Positions 19,839-28,103 of a stretch of DNA of 64,000 nucleotides are shown in pieces. The stretch is from an uncultured Acidimicrobiales bacterium (lineage in GTDB: Bacteria; Actinomycetota; Acidimicrobiia; Acidimicrobiales; SHLQ01): NCBI GenBank assembly GCA_937934655.1, contig CALGZB010000023.1, forward strand, positions 2,908 to 66,907, in the 5' to 3' direction. The translations under genes were made by a program, and so were the position numbers. Position 1 is the stretch's first letter. Each line of letters opens with the position of its first letter. The notes beneath the pieces are model-generated. The model searched no databases, was not told the DNA's origin, and worked only from the letters and a program-made list of their open reading frames with translations.

Positions 19839-20594
19839 CTACTTCGAGCTGATGTTCTTGCGCAGGTTGTTGACGAGTTCGACGAACTCAGGCTCACCCA
19901 TCGACCAAACCTGCGTATCGATTTCGTGCTCGACCGACTCGGCGCCGGTGGTAACCATCTCGGTGTCGACGATGGTCTTCTTGGTCTTGATCACAAGCTC
20001 ACGCGGAGCAGCGGCAGCCTTCTTGGCCATGCCGATGGCGTGATCGAGGAGCTCATCGTCGGGCACACAGCGCCAAGCGAGTCCGACCCGCTCTGCTTCT
20101 TTACCCCGAATGACCTCGCTAAACAGAACCATGGCCTTTACGGTCTGCAGGTCGGTGTGGTTCCGCATTCGCCAGGTATGGCCGCCGCCGGGGCCGATAC
20201 CGATTTGCAGGAAACGACTATCGAACTTCGCCGACTCGCCAGCGATAATGACGTCACAGGCCAGCAGGAAGTTCATGCCAGCGCCGACGGCTGCACCATT
20301 GACAGCAGCGATGGTGGGTAGGGGAGTGTTGGCGAACCGGAGGAACCCGGCGTACACCGCCATCAGACCGTCGCGCCCTCCGCCGGCCAGGAGGTCTTCG
20401 AGATCGGCGCCCGCGGAGAACGCCGGAGCGGCGCCGGTAAGCACAATCGCGCCGATGCTCTCGTCAGATTCGATGTCGTCGAAGATCGCATCGAGCTCAG
20501 CGCTCATTGGAAGGCTGGCGATGTTTCGACGGTCTGGGTCATCGAGGGTGATGACGGCGACACCGTCAATGCGTTCAAGGCGTACAAAGCTCAT
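19839..20594 (-). CDS. Enoyl-CoA hydratase/isomerase (crotonase) family protein
   Basis: 'GVAVITLDDPDRRNI', 'GAIVLTGAAPAFSAGADL' and 'PTIAAVNGAAVGAGMNFLLACD' are crotonase oxyanion-hole motifs. Confidence 0.88.
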   Translation of the reverse strand: MSFVRLERIDGVAVITLDDPDRRNIASLPMSAELDAIFDDIESDESIGAIVLTGAAPAFSAGADLEDLLAGGGRDGLMAVYAGFLRFANTPLPTIAAVNGAAVGAGMNFLLACDVIIAGESAKFDSRFLQIGIGPGGGHTWRMRNHTDLQTVKAMVLFSEVIRGKEAERVGLAWRCVPDDELLDHAIGMAKKAAAAPRELVIKTKKTIVDTEMVTTGAESVEHEIDTQVWSMGEPEFVELVNNLRKNISSK

Positions 20595-20628
20595 CCGGTC
20601 ATCCTGTCATGGTTGCTACGGTCGTTGC

Positions 20629-21549
20629 ATGTCCACAGCTGAGGTCACACTCGGGTCGGTCCTCACCGACCTCGATGCTTCGATCGGCACCGCCGCGTAC
20701 TCAGGGGCAGTGGTCGAAGACCTCCGGTCCGCGATCGACGATGAGCTCACCGAAGCGGTCGATGCCGCAGGTATCGACCCGGCCCTCTTTCCCGTGCGAG
20801 TCCCGAAGGGGCGCGTCACATCGGTGCTCGCATGCCCATCGAAGGCACTGGCCGACCTCGGCGGCGATATTCCTCCAATTCACTCGTTGCGCGGAGCGGT
20901 GGCCGATGTTGCCGCCGTCATCGCTGCAATGTCCCCCCGCAAACCACTCGAACTTCTCGACGTACTCGAAGGGGTTGCCGCAATCGATCCCGAGAACGTC
21001 GGCATCGAGATGTGGCGCGGTTCGTCAAAAGAAGAAAAGGCTGAGCTCCGAGAAATCCTCGAGCCGCTTGCGGCGGAAGTGCAAGCCACGTGCTCGGGCG
21101 TGGCGATCGACTGGGTCGTGCGCCCCCAGTTCACGAGCCAAGCAGCCTTCGCCGGTGGACGTCTGCTCGCCACCGCCAGATACGACATGTTGCTCTCGCA
21201 ACCTGGCCGGCCGCGGAGCGCAGTGGTCGTCGAGGTGAAGGCGGGCAATGCGCACAGCGACCACCGAGCCGATGCCTTTCTTTACGCTCTACTCGAAACA
21301 CTTCGAACCGGGTATTCGCCACTGGCGATCGTCACCATAAGTACCGGGGAACCGCCGGTTCTGATCGAAGAGGTCACCGGCGGTGTGTTGGAGTCGGCAT
21401 CTCGTCGCTTGGTCGCCGCAAGCCGCGTTCTGATCGACATGGTGGCCAACCCAACCCGTCCACCCCCCGAACAGCCCGGGCCACACTGTGTTGTATGTCC
21501 CCGACGGGCCACGTGTTCGTCTGCATCGATTGCAGTCGACGCGTCGTGA
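20629..21549 (+). CDS. PD-(D/E)XK nuclease with Cas4/AddB-type 4-Cys cluster
   Basis: 'ARYDML' (D), 'VVVEVKAG' (E-x-K) and 'AFLYAL' (Q/x-xxx-Y). Cys pattern: 'LACPSK' ... 'HCVVCPRRATC' (C...C-x2-C-x5-C). ATG at 20629 is chosen because the upstream part of the 20110 ORF is antisense to the crotonase gene. Confidence 0.6.
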   Translation: MSTAEVTLGSVLTDLDASIGTAAYSGAVVEDLRSAIDDELTEAVDAAGIDPALFPVRVPKGRVTSVLACPSKALADLGGDIPPIHSLRGAVADVAAVIAAMSPRKPLELLDVLEGVAAIDPENVGIEMWRGSSKEEKAELREILEPLAAEVQATCSGVAIDWVVRPQFTSQAAFAGGRLLATARYDMLLSQPGRPRSAVVVEVKAGNAHSDHRADAFLYALLETLRTGYSPLAIVTISTGEPPVLIEEVTGGVLESASRRLVAASRVLIDMVANPTRPPPEQPGPHCVVCPRRATCSSASIAVDAS

Positions 21550-22502
21550 GCGAACGCAGCCCCAGAGAGCTGGGCCAGTACGCACAAGAGTGGGCAAAAG
21601 AACGCCTACAACCCATTGCTCTGCAGACCGCCGAAGGTAGATACGGCGCTGCAGAGGATCACGAGCGGGTTCGCCTTGCGAACTATGGGCTGACCACCAT
21701 GCTCGACTGCGAAGCCCGCGTCACGGCGTCGACCGGTTTCGATGGCTGGGACGTTTTGAAAGCGACGCGTTGGCTCGCCGTGCGATCGCTTCACCGGTAC
21801 CTGTCCGACGACGGCGTCACCGGCGTTCAACGCGCCGTGCGGTCGACCATGGCCAACACCATCGACGATGCCGCCCCCGACTCTGAGTTTGTCGACGGTT
21901 GGTTGAAGCAGCAGCCGCCGGGTGTTCGGGCATTGCTCGCCGCCCGTTCGGCCGGCTGGGTTGCCTCGCTCTTGGAAACGGTGCGAGACGGCGACCTCGA
22001 GGCCGAGGCGCTCAAGCCGCCGCCCGTCGATGGGCCGCCGATGCGGTTCTATTACCCCGGGAGGGCATTGATGATCGAGGCCCGGGTCGATGGTCTCTAC
22101 GGTCGCAAAAACACCAAAGGACCGAGCGCCGAAACCCTGCTCCTCACCGTTACCGCCCCGGGATTCGTCGACGACATTCTTGATTTCGAGGGAACCGCAG
22201 CGACCCTGGCGTCGGGTGTAGCCCCTGGATTCATCGCCGCAGTGCTCCCAAAGTCGGGAGAGGTTCACAAGGTGGCCGTGGATACCGCCATGATCGAACG
22301 AGGCCTCAAATTGTGCGAACGCCTTGCCGACTTAGAACTACGAGCAATCGACGGGCGAGGTGCCACCGACGTAGCCCGCAAGGCATCGTTCTTCGGATGC
22401 CGTTCGTGCGCCCTTGCCGAAACGTGCCCGGCGCGCCTCGAAGCCGACCAGAAGCCGGCCGTCTTCGGTGGCCTTCAACCGTTGCCAGTAGACCCCGGCT
22501 AG
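21546..22502 (+). CDS. Second Cas4-like protein (C-x2-C-x5-C present, nuclease motifs degenerate)
   Basis: 'DCEARV' ... 'FFGCRSCALAETC' gives the same 4-Cys spacing. 'IEARVDGLY' is a possible catalytic Asp, with no clear E-x-K. GTGA overlap with the upstream stop at 21546-21549. Alternative ATG near 21495. Confidence 0.5.
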   Translation: MSERSPRELGQYAQEWAKERLQPIALQTAEGRYGAAEDHERVRLANYGLTTMLDCEARVTASTGFDGWDVLKATRWLAVRSLHRYLSDDGVTGVQRAVRSTMANTIDDAAPDSEFVDGWLKQQPPGVRALLAARSAGWVASLLETVRDGDLEAEALKPPPVDGPPMRFYYPGRALMIEARVDGLYGRKNTKGPSAETLLLTVTAPGFVDDILDFEGTAATLASGVAPGFIAAVLPKSGEVHKVAVDTAMIERGLKLCERLADLELRAIDGRGATDVARKASFFGCRSCALAETCPARLEADQKPAVFGGLQPLPVDPG

Positions 22503-22533
22503 TCCCGTCGCCGGACCCGGTATCGAGGTCTTG

Positions 22534-24927
22534 CTACTGGGGTGAGTCGGCGGTTGGGCCGGCCCACTGATCGACCCATTCGAGCATGTCTGCGGTGGTG
22601 CTTTCGACCTTGCTTGCGTTTGCCGCCCGAGCATCGCGGAACAGGACCCGAGCAGCGGTCACCAGTTGATCGGGCAGTTCTTGGAAGAAACGCGGAACGT
22701 CGGTCTTTTCTTTCGAAAGGAACACCAGTAGGTCGCCAGCCACACTTCCGTAAGCCTGATTCGCCGAATCAGCGTTGGCCTCGAAACTGTTCTCGGTATC
22801 GAGAAGGAAGAGCCACGAGCCGCCCAACTCCGAATCGATATTGGTCGAGTAGAGCTCGCTAGATCCGTACTTGCCGGTGATCGGCTTGAGCGCTGTTGCA
22901 TCGGCCGACCGTTCGTCGAACGGATGACGAGCGGCGTTCACGCGCAGCTCAGCGTTCGGAAGTTTGAGGACTCTGCTTGGCGTGGGATCGGCGTGTCCAT
23001 GGAAGTCAGACGGTGCCATAGCGAGCGGGCGGGTTTGTCCGTCGACCCGGAAGAGCGCACCGTCGCCGCGAATGACCACGGGGATCGAAGCCACGCTGAT
23101 TCCTTCGAGTTCAAACCGAGCCTCCGAACTTTCGTTACGGCGCCAGAGAAACGCCCAAACAAGAAGCGCAGCAAGGAAGATGAGCCCGAGAATGCCGAGA
23201 CGGCCGAGCTGGCTGCCAAGCGATGTCGACTCGGTTTCAGGAATTGCTGACCGCTCATTTTCGAGAAGAACAGTTGCGCTGGCCGAGTCGGTGAACTCCA
23301 AACCATCGGTGGTACTTGCGACGACTTCGAGGCCGACCTCGGCCGGGCCGACGAAATCGCTAGGGATATCGATGGTTCCGGAGAACGTGCCGTCGTCGGC
23401 GCCGCTGCTGGTGAGCGGAACCTCGTAGATAGCGCCCCGCTGATCGGTAACCGTCGCGGTCGCTTCGATATCGAGCCCGGTGATAGGACGGCCCTCAAGG
23501 GTCGTGACCGCCGCTGATACCAAGCCCGGCTCGCCCTTCACGAAGGCCTCACCAGGGGTGATGTTGGCTTCAAGATTAGGAAAGCGAGTAACGAGAAGGT
23601 TTGCCGGTTCGCTGTCAGAAGATGGTGACTGGGCGGCGATGCTCCAGTCGCCAGGGGAGAGTTCGGTGTTGCCGGTAGGAATCACCGAGACCTTCACCGA
23701 CCGTTCATCGATCCAGGCCGCCTTTGCGACTGCGCCCTCAAGGATTACCTCTTCGTCACGGTTGAACGAGAGTCGGGCTCGGTCGATGCCATTCGGATGG
23801 GTGATGACGAGTTCTTGCGACGGATCGGCAAACTGGGCATCGACGGTAAAGCGGTCGATGAGTTGATCGACCCGAACGTCGAGGGCGCTCGAGCACTCTT
23901 CGCCCTCGGCGCAAACCGCAATAGAGCTGCGAGCAACATCGGCGCCAGCAACCCGACCAGTAATGGCACCGAAGGACAGTGCGAGGTCATCGTTCGATAC
24001 GGGGGTGAACGCCCCTCGACTTCCAGAGAAGTCCGATCCACATTGTCCGCCAGTGGATCGCCCAACGGTGAGCGATTCGAGAAGTTCGGTGTTGATGAAC
24101 TCGCTATCGGCCAAAGCAATCGTGACGATTCGAATGCCGGCCTCATCGACCTGAGTCATGGTGCCGTCTTCGTCATCACAGAGCGCTTCGCGGCCCAAGA
24201 CCCGAGCCTCGCTAACCGAGTCGGCATCGACGATTTCGACGCCAGGTGCGTACGATTTCTCGATACCAAGATCGGCGATTCGTTCGGGAGAACTACGGGG
24301 GACGAGGTCGTACCCACCGTCAGCGAAAAGCAGAATCAGGTTACAGGTAGTCGGGGCAACCGGATCGAGGGTGGCATAGGCGCCAGCGAGTGCGTTGGGT
24401 AGATCGGTATCGAGTCCGTCGCGGCGGTCGGCGAACGAATCAATCTCGTCCTCGATCTGGCCTGCCGACTCGTCGGTGAGTTCGATCCACTCGCCGGTTT
24501 CGTCGCGGAAGTCTGACGAAAACCCAGCGGTCCGGGTTTCAACCTGCTTTTCGAGTGAAAGGTCGAGGAAACTCTCGAGGGCGAATCGGGCCGCCGTGAT
24601 TCGTTCGTCATCGGGGTCGGTGTACTTCAAACTTCCCGATTCGTCGATGAGGAACAGGACCCGAACGTCGTCTGCTGCCGAGACACACGAGGTGACTGAT
24701 TGGACACTTCCGGAGGTCTCCGCACCTTGGGCCGAGGCCGCGGACGGAATCATTGCAACGATCAAACTAAGGACCACTGCAACGATGACGCTGAGGGAGC
24801 GCGAGTCGTTTCGCTGCAGTGAAGCAGCTTTCAGGTTTCGGCTGGAGGGGGTGGTGGGCACTACTCGAACTGCTCTCAAGGGATCGTTCAGATACTTATG
24901 GTGCATGGGGGGACCGGATGGGGCCAC
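22534..24927 (-). CDS. Large bitopic VWA-domain membrane protein
   Basis: N-terminal signal/anchor 'VIVAVVLSLIVAMIPSAASAQG'. VWA MIDAS 'VLFLIDESGSLKYTD'. A long extracytoplasmic region, a second TM 'LGILGLIFLAALLVWAFLW', and a ~190-aa cytoplasmic tail. Confidence 0.7.
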   Translation of the reverse strand: MAPSGPPMHHKYLNDPLRAVRVVPTTPSSRNLKAASLQRNDSRSLSVIVAVVLSLIVAMIPSAASAQGAETSGSVQSVTSCVSAADDVRVLFLIDESGSLKYTDPDDERITAARFALESFLDLSLEKQVETRTAGFSSDFRDETGEWIELTDESAGQIEDEIDSFADRRDGLDTDLPNALAGAYATLDPVAPTTCNLILLFADGGYDLVPRSSPERIADLGIEKSYAPGVEIVDADSVSEARVLGREALCDDEDGTMTQVDEAGIRIVTIALADSEFINTELLESLTVGRSTGGQCGSDFSGSRGAFTPVSNDDLALSFGAITGRVAGADVARSSIAVCAEGEECSSALDVRVDQLIDRFTVDAQFADPSQELVITHPNGIDRARLSFNRDEEVILEGAVAKAAWIDERSVKVSVIPTGNTELSPGDWSIAAQSPSSDSEPANLLVTRFPNLEANITPGEAFVKGEPGLVSAAVTTLEGRPITGLDIEATATVTDQRGAIYEVPLTSSGADDGTFSGTIDIPSDFVGPAEVGLEVVASTTDGLEFTDSASATVLLENERSAIPETESTSLGSQLGRLGILGLIFLAALLVWAFLWRRNESSEARFELEGISVASIPVVIRGDGALFRVDGQTRPLAMAPSDFHGHADPTPSRVLKLPNAELRVNAARHPFDERSADATALKPITGKYGSSELYSTNIDSELGGSWLFLLDTENSFEANADSANQAYGSVAGDLLVFLSKEKTDVPRFFQELPDQLVTAARVLFRDARAANASKVESTTADMLEWVDQWAGPTADSPQ

Positions 24928-25000
24928 ATCGCACCACTTCTATGATCGGCTGTTTCGCACCGAATTTCAGCGCGGTGCAGGTTGCAAGCAACTATTGGCC

Positions 25001-25348
25001 CTAGGCCACCTGGAGCTCAGGCTCGTCGACCGCCTCCCAAAGCTGGGCCCGAAGCCGAAGCGCCGGCCCTGGTTCGAGATGATTCGCCACCACGATGCCT
25101 TCGATCATGTCGGCGACGATGGCATGCCAAGGCCGATTCCGAAGCTGCACCGACACCGTCGCACGGGACCCGCGACGGCGAATGGACCGATCTACCTCAT
25201 GAAGACGAGGAGGACTTCGAAATGCTGGAGCCGATAACCCGAGCCGGCGCGACGTCTCAGCCAACTGGCGAGCCGTGCGGGCGAATCGGAGTGATGTAGG
25301 TTCCACAACCCCATACTGCCGACCCCCTGTGACAGAGACCTGGCCCAA
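25001..25348 (-). CDS. Hypothetical protein
   Basis: 115-aa ORF between the VWA gene and the tRNA. Arg-rich. No motif recognised. An overlapping + strand ORF makes the call uncertain. Confidence 0.35.
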   Translation of the reverse strand: MGQVSVTGGRQYGVVEPTSLRFARTARQLAETSRRLGLSAPAFRSPPRLHEVDRSIRRRGSRATVSVQLRNRPWHAIVADMIEGIVVANHLEPGPALRLRAQLWEAVDEPELQVA

Positions 25349-25404
25349 AGGGCAGACGCCTACCGCTGAACATGGCCCGCCTACCCCTTAAGATGGGAAG
25401 CCAC

Positions 25405-25491
25405 GCCCGGATGGTGGAATGGCAGACACGGAGGGCTTAAACCCCTCTGAGGGGTTAAACCCTCGTGCGGGTTCGAGTCCCGCTCCGGGCA
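25405..25491 (+). tRNA. tRNA-Leu (anticodon UAA), class II with long variable arm
   Basis: Hand-folded. Acceptor GCCCGGA/UCCGGGC. Anticodon stem GAGGG/CCCUC with loop CUUAAAC. Long variable arm. T-arm GCGGG-UUCGAGU-CCCGC. Discriminator A. CCA is not encoded. Confidence 0.9.
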
Positions 25492-25511
25492 CCTGTCGTT
25501 CCTCACCCCCT

Positions 25512-25611
25512 TTGGGGGCTTCGTCACTTACCGAGTTTTGTTTCTCGCTTTGCTCGAAACAAAACCTCGCCGTTCTTCTCTCGCTTGGGGGCTTCGTCAC
25601 TTACCGAGTTT
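25512..25611 (+). repeat. Two identical 27-nt direct repeats with a 10-bp perfect hairpin between them
   Basis: 'TTGGGGGCTTCGTCACTTACCGAGTTT' occurs at 25512-25538 and 25585-25611. 'GTTTTGTTTC' and 'GAAACAAAAC' form an inverted repeat at 25536-25566. Confidence 0.85.
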
Positions 25612-25791
25612 CTGGACTTGCTTCGCTCGTCCATAAACCTCGCGCTGGTCGCATAGCTTGCTGGACTTGGTGATGTGCGCCTCTCTTTCTGTTCTTTTCT
25701 TTACATGATCTTGCTGGTTGCTTGTCTTTGTCTTGTGTTGGTTCTTCGATAGTGCTTGTAGCGTTTCCTTTACTTCTGTCCGGAGCTTGCT

Positions 25792-26490
25792 TTGACTTCA
25801 CCTCAATCTTTGACCCACCGCATTCTTGTTGCTGAGGATGATCCTGAGATCCGCCAGGCTCTCGAACGGATCCTTTCCTATGAGGGATATGCCGTGGTGA
25901 CGGTGAATGACGGGGCTGCTGCGCTTGAAGCGATCTCCGCACACGAGCCCGACGCCATTTTGCTCGACGTGATGATGCCCTTCGTCGATGGAATCAGCGT
26001 GTGTCGAAAGATCCGCGATCGCGGCGACAAGACTCCCGTGCTGATGCTTACCGCTCGGCACGAAACACAGGATCGCGTCGCTGGTCTCGATGCGGGTGCC
26101 GACGACTATGTCACCAAACCGTTCGAACTCGACGAACTCCTCGCACGCGTTCGCGCACTGCTTCGCCGCGTCGACGATGGGGGAGGAGACGTCCTCAGCG
26201 CCGGGCCATTCACACTCGACGTCGCACAACGACTCGTTTCTGGTCCCGGAGGCGATATCGAACTCACCCGCACCGAATTCTCGCTCCTCGAACTCCTTAT
26301 GCGGAACCGCAATATCGTGCTCGAGCGTTCCGTGATCTACGAGCGGGTATGGGGTTATGACTTCGGCGACTCGTCACGGTCGCTCGACGTACACATCGGT
26401 TATCTCCGGCGCAAGCTTGAAGCCGACGGCACCGACCGGGTCATCGAAACGGTGCGGGGCGTTGGATTCGCGTTGCGGGTCGTCGACTGA
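25792..26490 (+). CDS. OmpR/PhoB-family response regulator
   Basis: Receiver domain 'ILVAEDDPEIRQALERIL...DAILLDVMMPFVDG...PVLMLTA' plus winged-helix 'RTEFSLLELLMRN...LDVHIGYLRRKLE...IETVRGVGF'. Confidence 0.92.
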   Translation: MTSPQSLTHRILVAEDDPEIRQALERILSYEGYAVVTVNDGAAALEAISAHEPDAILLDVMMPFVDGISVCRKIRDRGDKTPVLMLTARHETQDRVAGLDAGADDYVTKPFELDELLARVRALLRRVDDGGGDVLSAGPFTLDVAQRLVSGPGGDIELTRTEFSLLELLMRNRNIVLERSVIYERVWGYDFGDSSRSLDVHIGYLRRKLEADGTDRVIETVRGVGFALRVVD

Positions 26491-26491
26491 C

Positions 26492-27850
26492 ATGGGTCTT
26501 GGGGCGCGCCTCGCCATCGTCTTTGCTGCAGTCGCTGCGGCCACCGCACTGCTTGTTGGCGGTGCCTCCTATGTCACCACCGACCGTCAGGTCTTGGCCG
26601 ACGTCGACGAATTCTTACAACTGCGAGCCGAACAAATCGATGATGGGCAGCGGCTCAGGCCTCAGTCCCGCCGCGAAAACGACGGCAACGGCAACGGGAA
26701 CAACAACGGCAACGGTCGCGGTCGGCGCTTCGTCTCGGTAAGTCCCGACGCCGAAGTGCAGGTTCTCGCCGGCGATGGCGAGATCACTGGAAACACCGAT
26801 CTGGAACTCCCGGTCGACGACATCGATGTCCGACTCATTAGTAAAAATGACAAATCCGTTCTGCGGACCGTGACCATCGAAGACAACGAATACCGGATGA
26901 TCACCCGGCATTTGGAAGGTGTTGGCGCCGTCCAAGTTGCCCGCTCTCTCGAGGAGTCCGCCGGGCTGCTCGCTGATCTTCGTCAGCGGTTGGTCATCGT
27001 GAGTCTCGCCGTCGCGCTGCTCGCCGCTGCTGTCGGTTGGATGTTGGCGCAGAGGACAACGGGTCCGCTGCGCGCCCTAACCATGGCGGTCGACGACGTT
27101 GCTGACACCCAGGACTTCACCATTCCCGTGCCAACCTCCGGCAGCGATGAGGTTGGCCGACTCGGCCGCGGATTCAACCGAATGCTCGGGACACTTCAGC
27201 AATCGCAAGAACAGCAGCGGCGGTTGGTGCAGGATGCAGCGCATGAACTGCGGACACCGCTCACCAGTGTCACCGCCAATCTCGACTGGCTCGAACGGGC
27301 GCCCGATATCGATGCCGAAACCCGTGCGGCAACACTTGGGAGTGTCCGTCGCGAACTTGGGGAACTCAACAACGTCATCACCGAGATCATTCAGCTCGCT
27401 ACCGATTCGCGTGCGGGAGCGGTTATGGCTCCAATCGACCTGGTGCCATTGGTCGCCGATGCGGTTGAGCTCTTCATCGATCGCACCGGTCGTGACGTCT
27501 CGGTTGCAGCCGCATCAGCTACCGCAATCGCCGATGCGGACGGTGTGGTGAGAGCGGTGAATAATCTGCTCAGCAACGCCGATAAATACAGTCCCGTCGA
27601 CTCGCCGATAGCCGTTGTGGTGGGACCCGACGGAGTGTTCGTCGATGACGCCGGGCCTGGAATCCCCGTCGATGAGCGTGAAGCGATTTTTGATCGGTTC
27701 TATCGGCGTGACGAAGACCGGGCGATGCCAGGCTCAGGGCTTGGCCTCTCGATCGTTGCGAGCATCGTCGACAAACACGGAGGTCAGCTCCACGTGTCGG
27801 AGTCTCCGCTGGGCGGCGCACGGGTTGGATTCACGCTTCCTACCCGCTAG
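26492..27850 (+). CDS. Sensor histidine kinase (TM-periplasmic-TM-HAMP-HisKA-HATPase)
   Basis: H-box 'AAHELRTPLTS', N-box 'LLSNADKYS', G-boxes 'DDAGPGIP' and 'GSGLGLSIV'. ATG at 26492 lies 1 nt after the RR stop. Confidence 0.9.
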   Translation: MGLGARLAIVFAAVAAATALLVGGASYVTTDRQVLADVDEFLQLRAEQIDDGQRLRPQSRRENDGNGNGNNNGNGRGRRFVSVSPDAEVQVLAGDGEITGNTDLELPVDDIDVRLISKNDKSVLRTVTIEDNEYRMITRHLEGVGAVQVARSLEESAGLLADLRQRLVIVSLAVALLAAAVGWMLAQRTTGPLRALTMAVDDVADTQDFTIPVPTSGSDEVGRLGRGFNRMLGTLQQSQEQQRRLVQDAAHELRTPLTSVTANLDWLERAPDIDAETRAATLGSVRRELGELNNVITEIIQLATDSRAGAVMAPIDLVPLVADAVELFIDRTGRDVSVAAASATAIADADGVVRAVNNLLSNADKYSPVDSPIAVVVGPDGVFVDDAGPGIPVDEREAIFDRFYRRDEDRAMPGSGLGLSIVASIVDKHGGQLHVSESPLGGARVGFTLPTR

Positions 27851-28051
27851 ATCCCTCAGTGCGTCGACCCCTTCAGGAGCCAGATCCCACACCGTGGGTC
27901 TTCATGTACTTTGAACTGCATTCGAACGCTGTTTGGATCTGTCACCTCTAGCTTAGAAGTTGTCGGGTTTCATGGTAGAAACTCAACCGTCTCCACACCA
28001 GACGATGAAAACGAACCTTGCGCCTAGGTCTTCTGTCTGGGCGCCGATCGA

Positions 28052-28081
28052 AACACCCGCTTGCGGCGTGTTTATTTTTTG
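28052..28081 (+). terminator. Candidate intrinsic terminator
   Basis: Stem 'AAACACCCGC'/'GCGG(C)GTGTTT' with one bulge, followed by 'ATTTTTT'. Lies 200 nt after the HK stop and 23 nt before the TetR start. Confidence 0.45.
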
Positions 28082-28103
28082 GTGGAGAACGGGGAATTTC
28101 TAG

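Noticed and set aside
20110-20628. N-terminal 173 codons of the 479-aa + strand ORF
   Set aside because: This part is antisense to the crotonase gene and is Pro/Arg/Ser-rich. The nuclease-like sequence starts at Met 20629 in the intergenic gap.
24395-25237. 280-aa + strand ORF
   Set aside because: It overlaps the 5' part of the VWA gene and the 25001-25348 ORF in antisense. It is Ser/Arg-rich with no motifs.
25431-25468. Near-duplicate sequence of the tRNA anticodon arm (GAGGGCUUAAACCCCUC) and variable arm (GAGGGGUUAAACCCUC)
   Set aside because: It is curious but compatible with a normal class II tRNA-Leu fold. There is no evidence of an intron or rearrangement.
25388-25673. ORFs 25388-25600 (-) and 25419-25673 (+)
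   Set aside because: They run through the tRNA-Leu gene and the repeat spacer, and are not protein-like.
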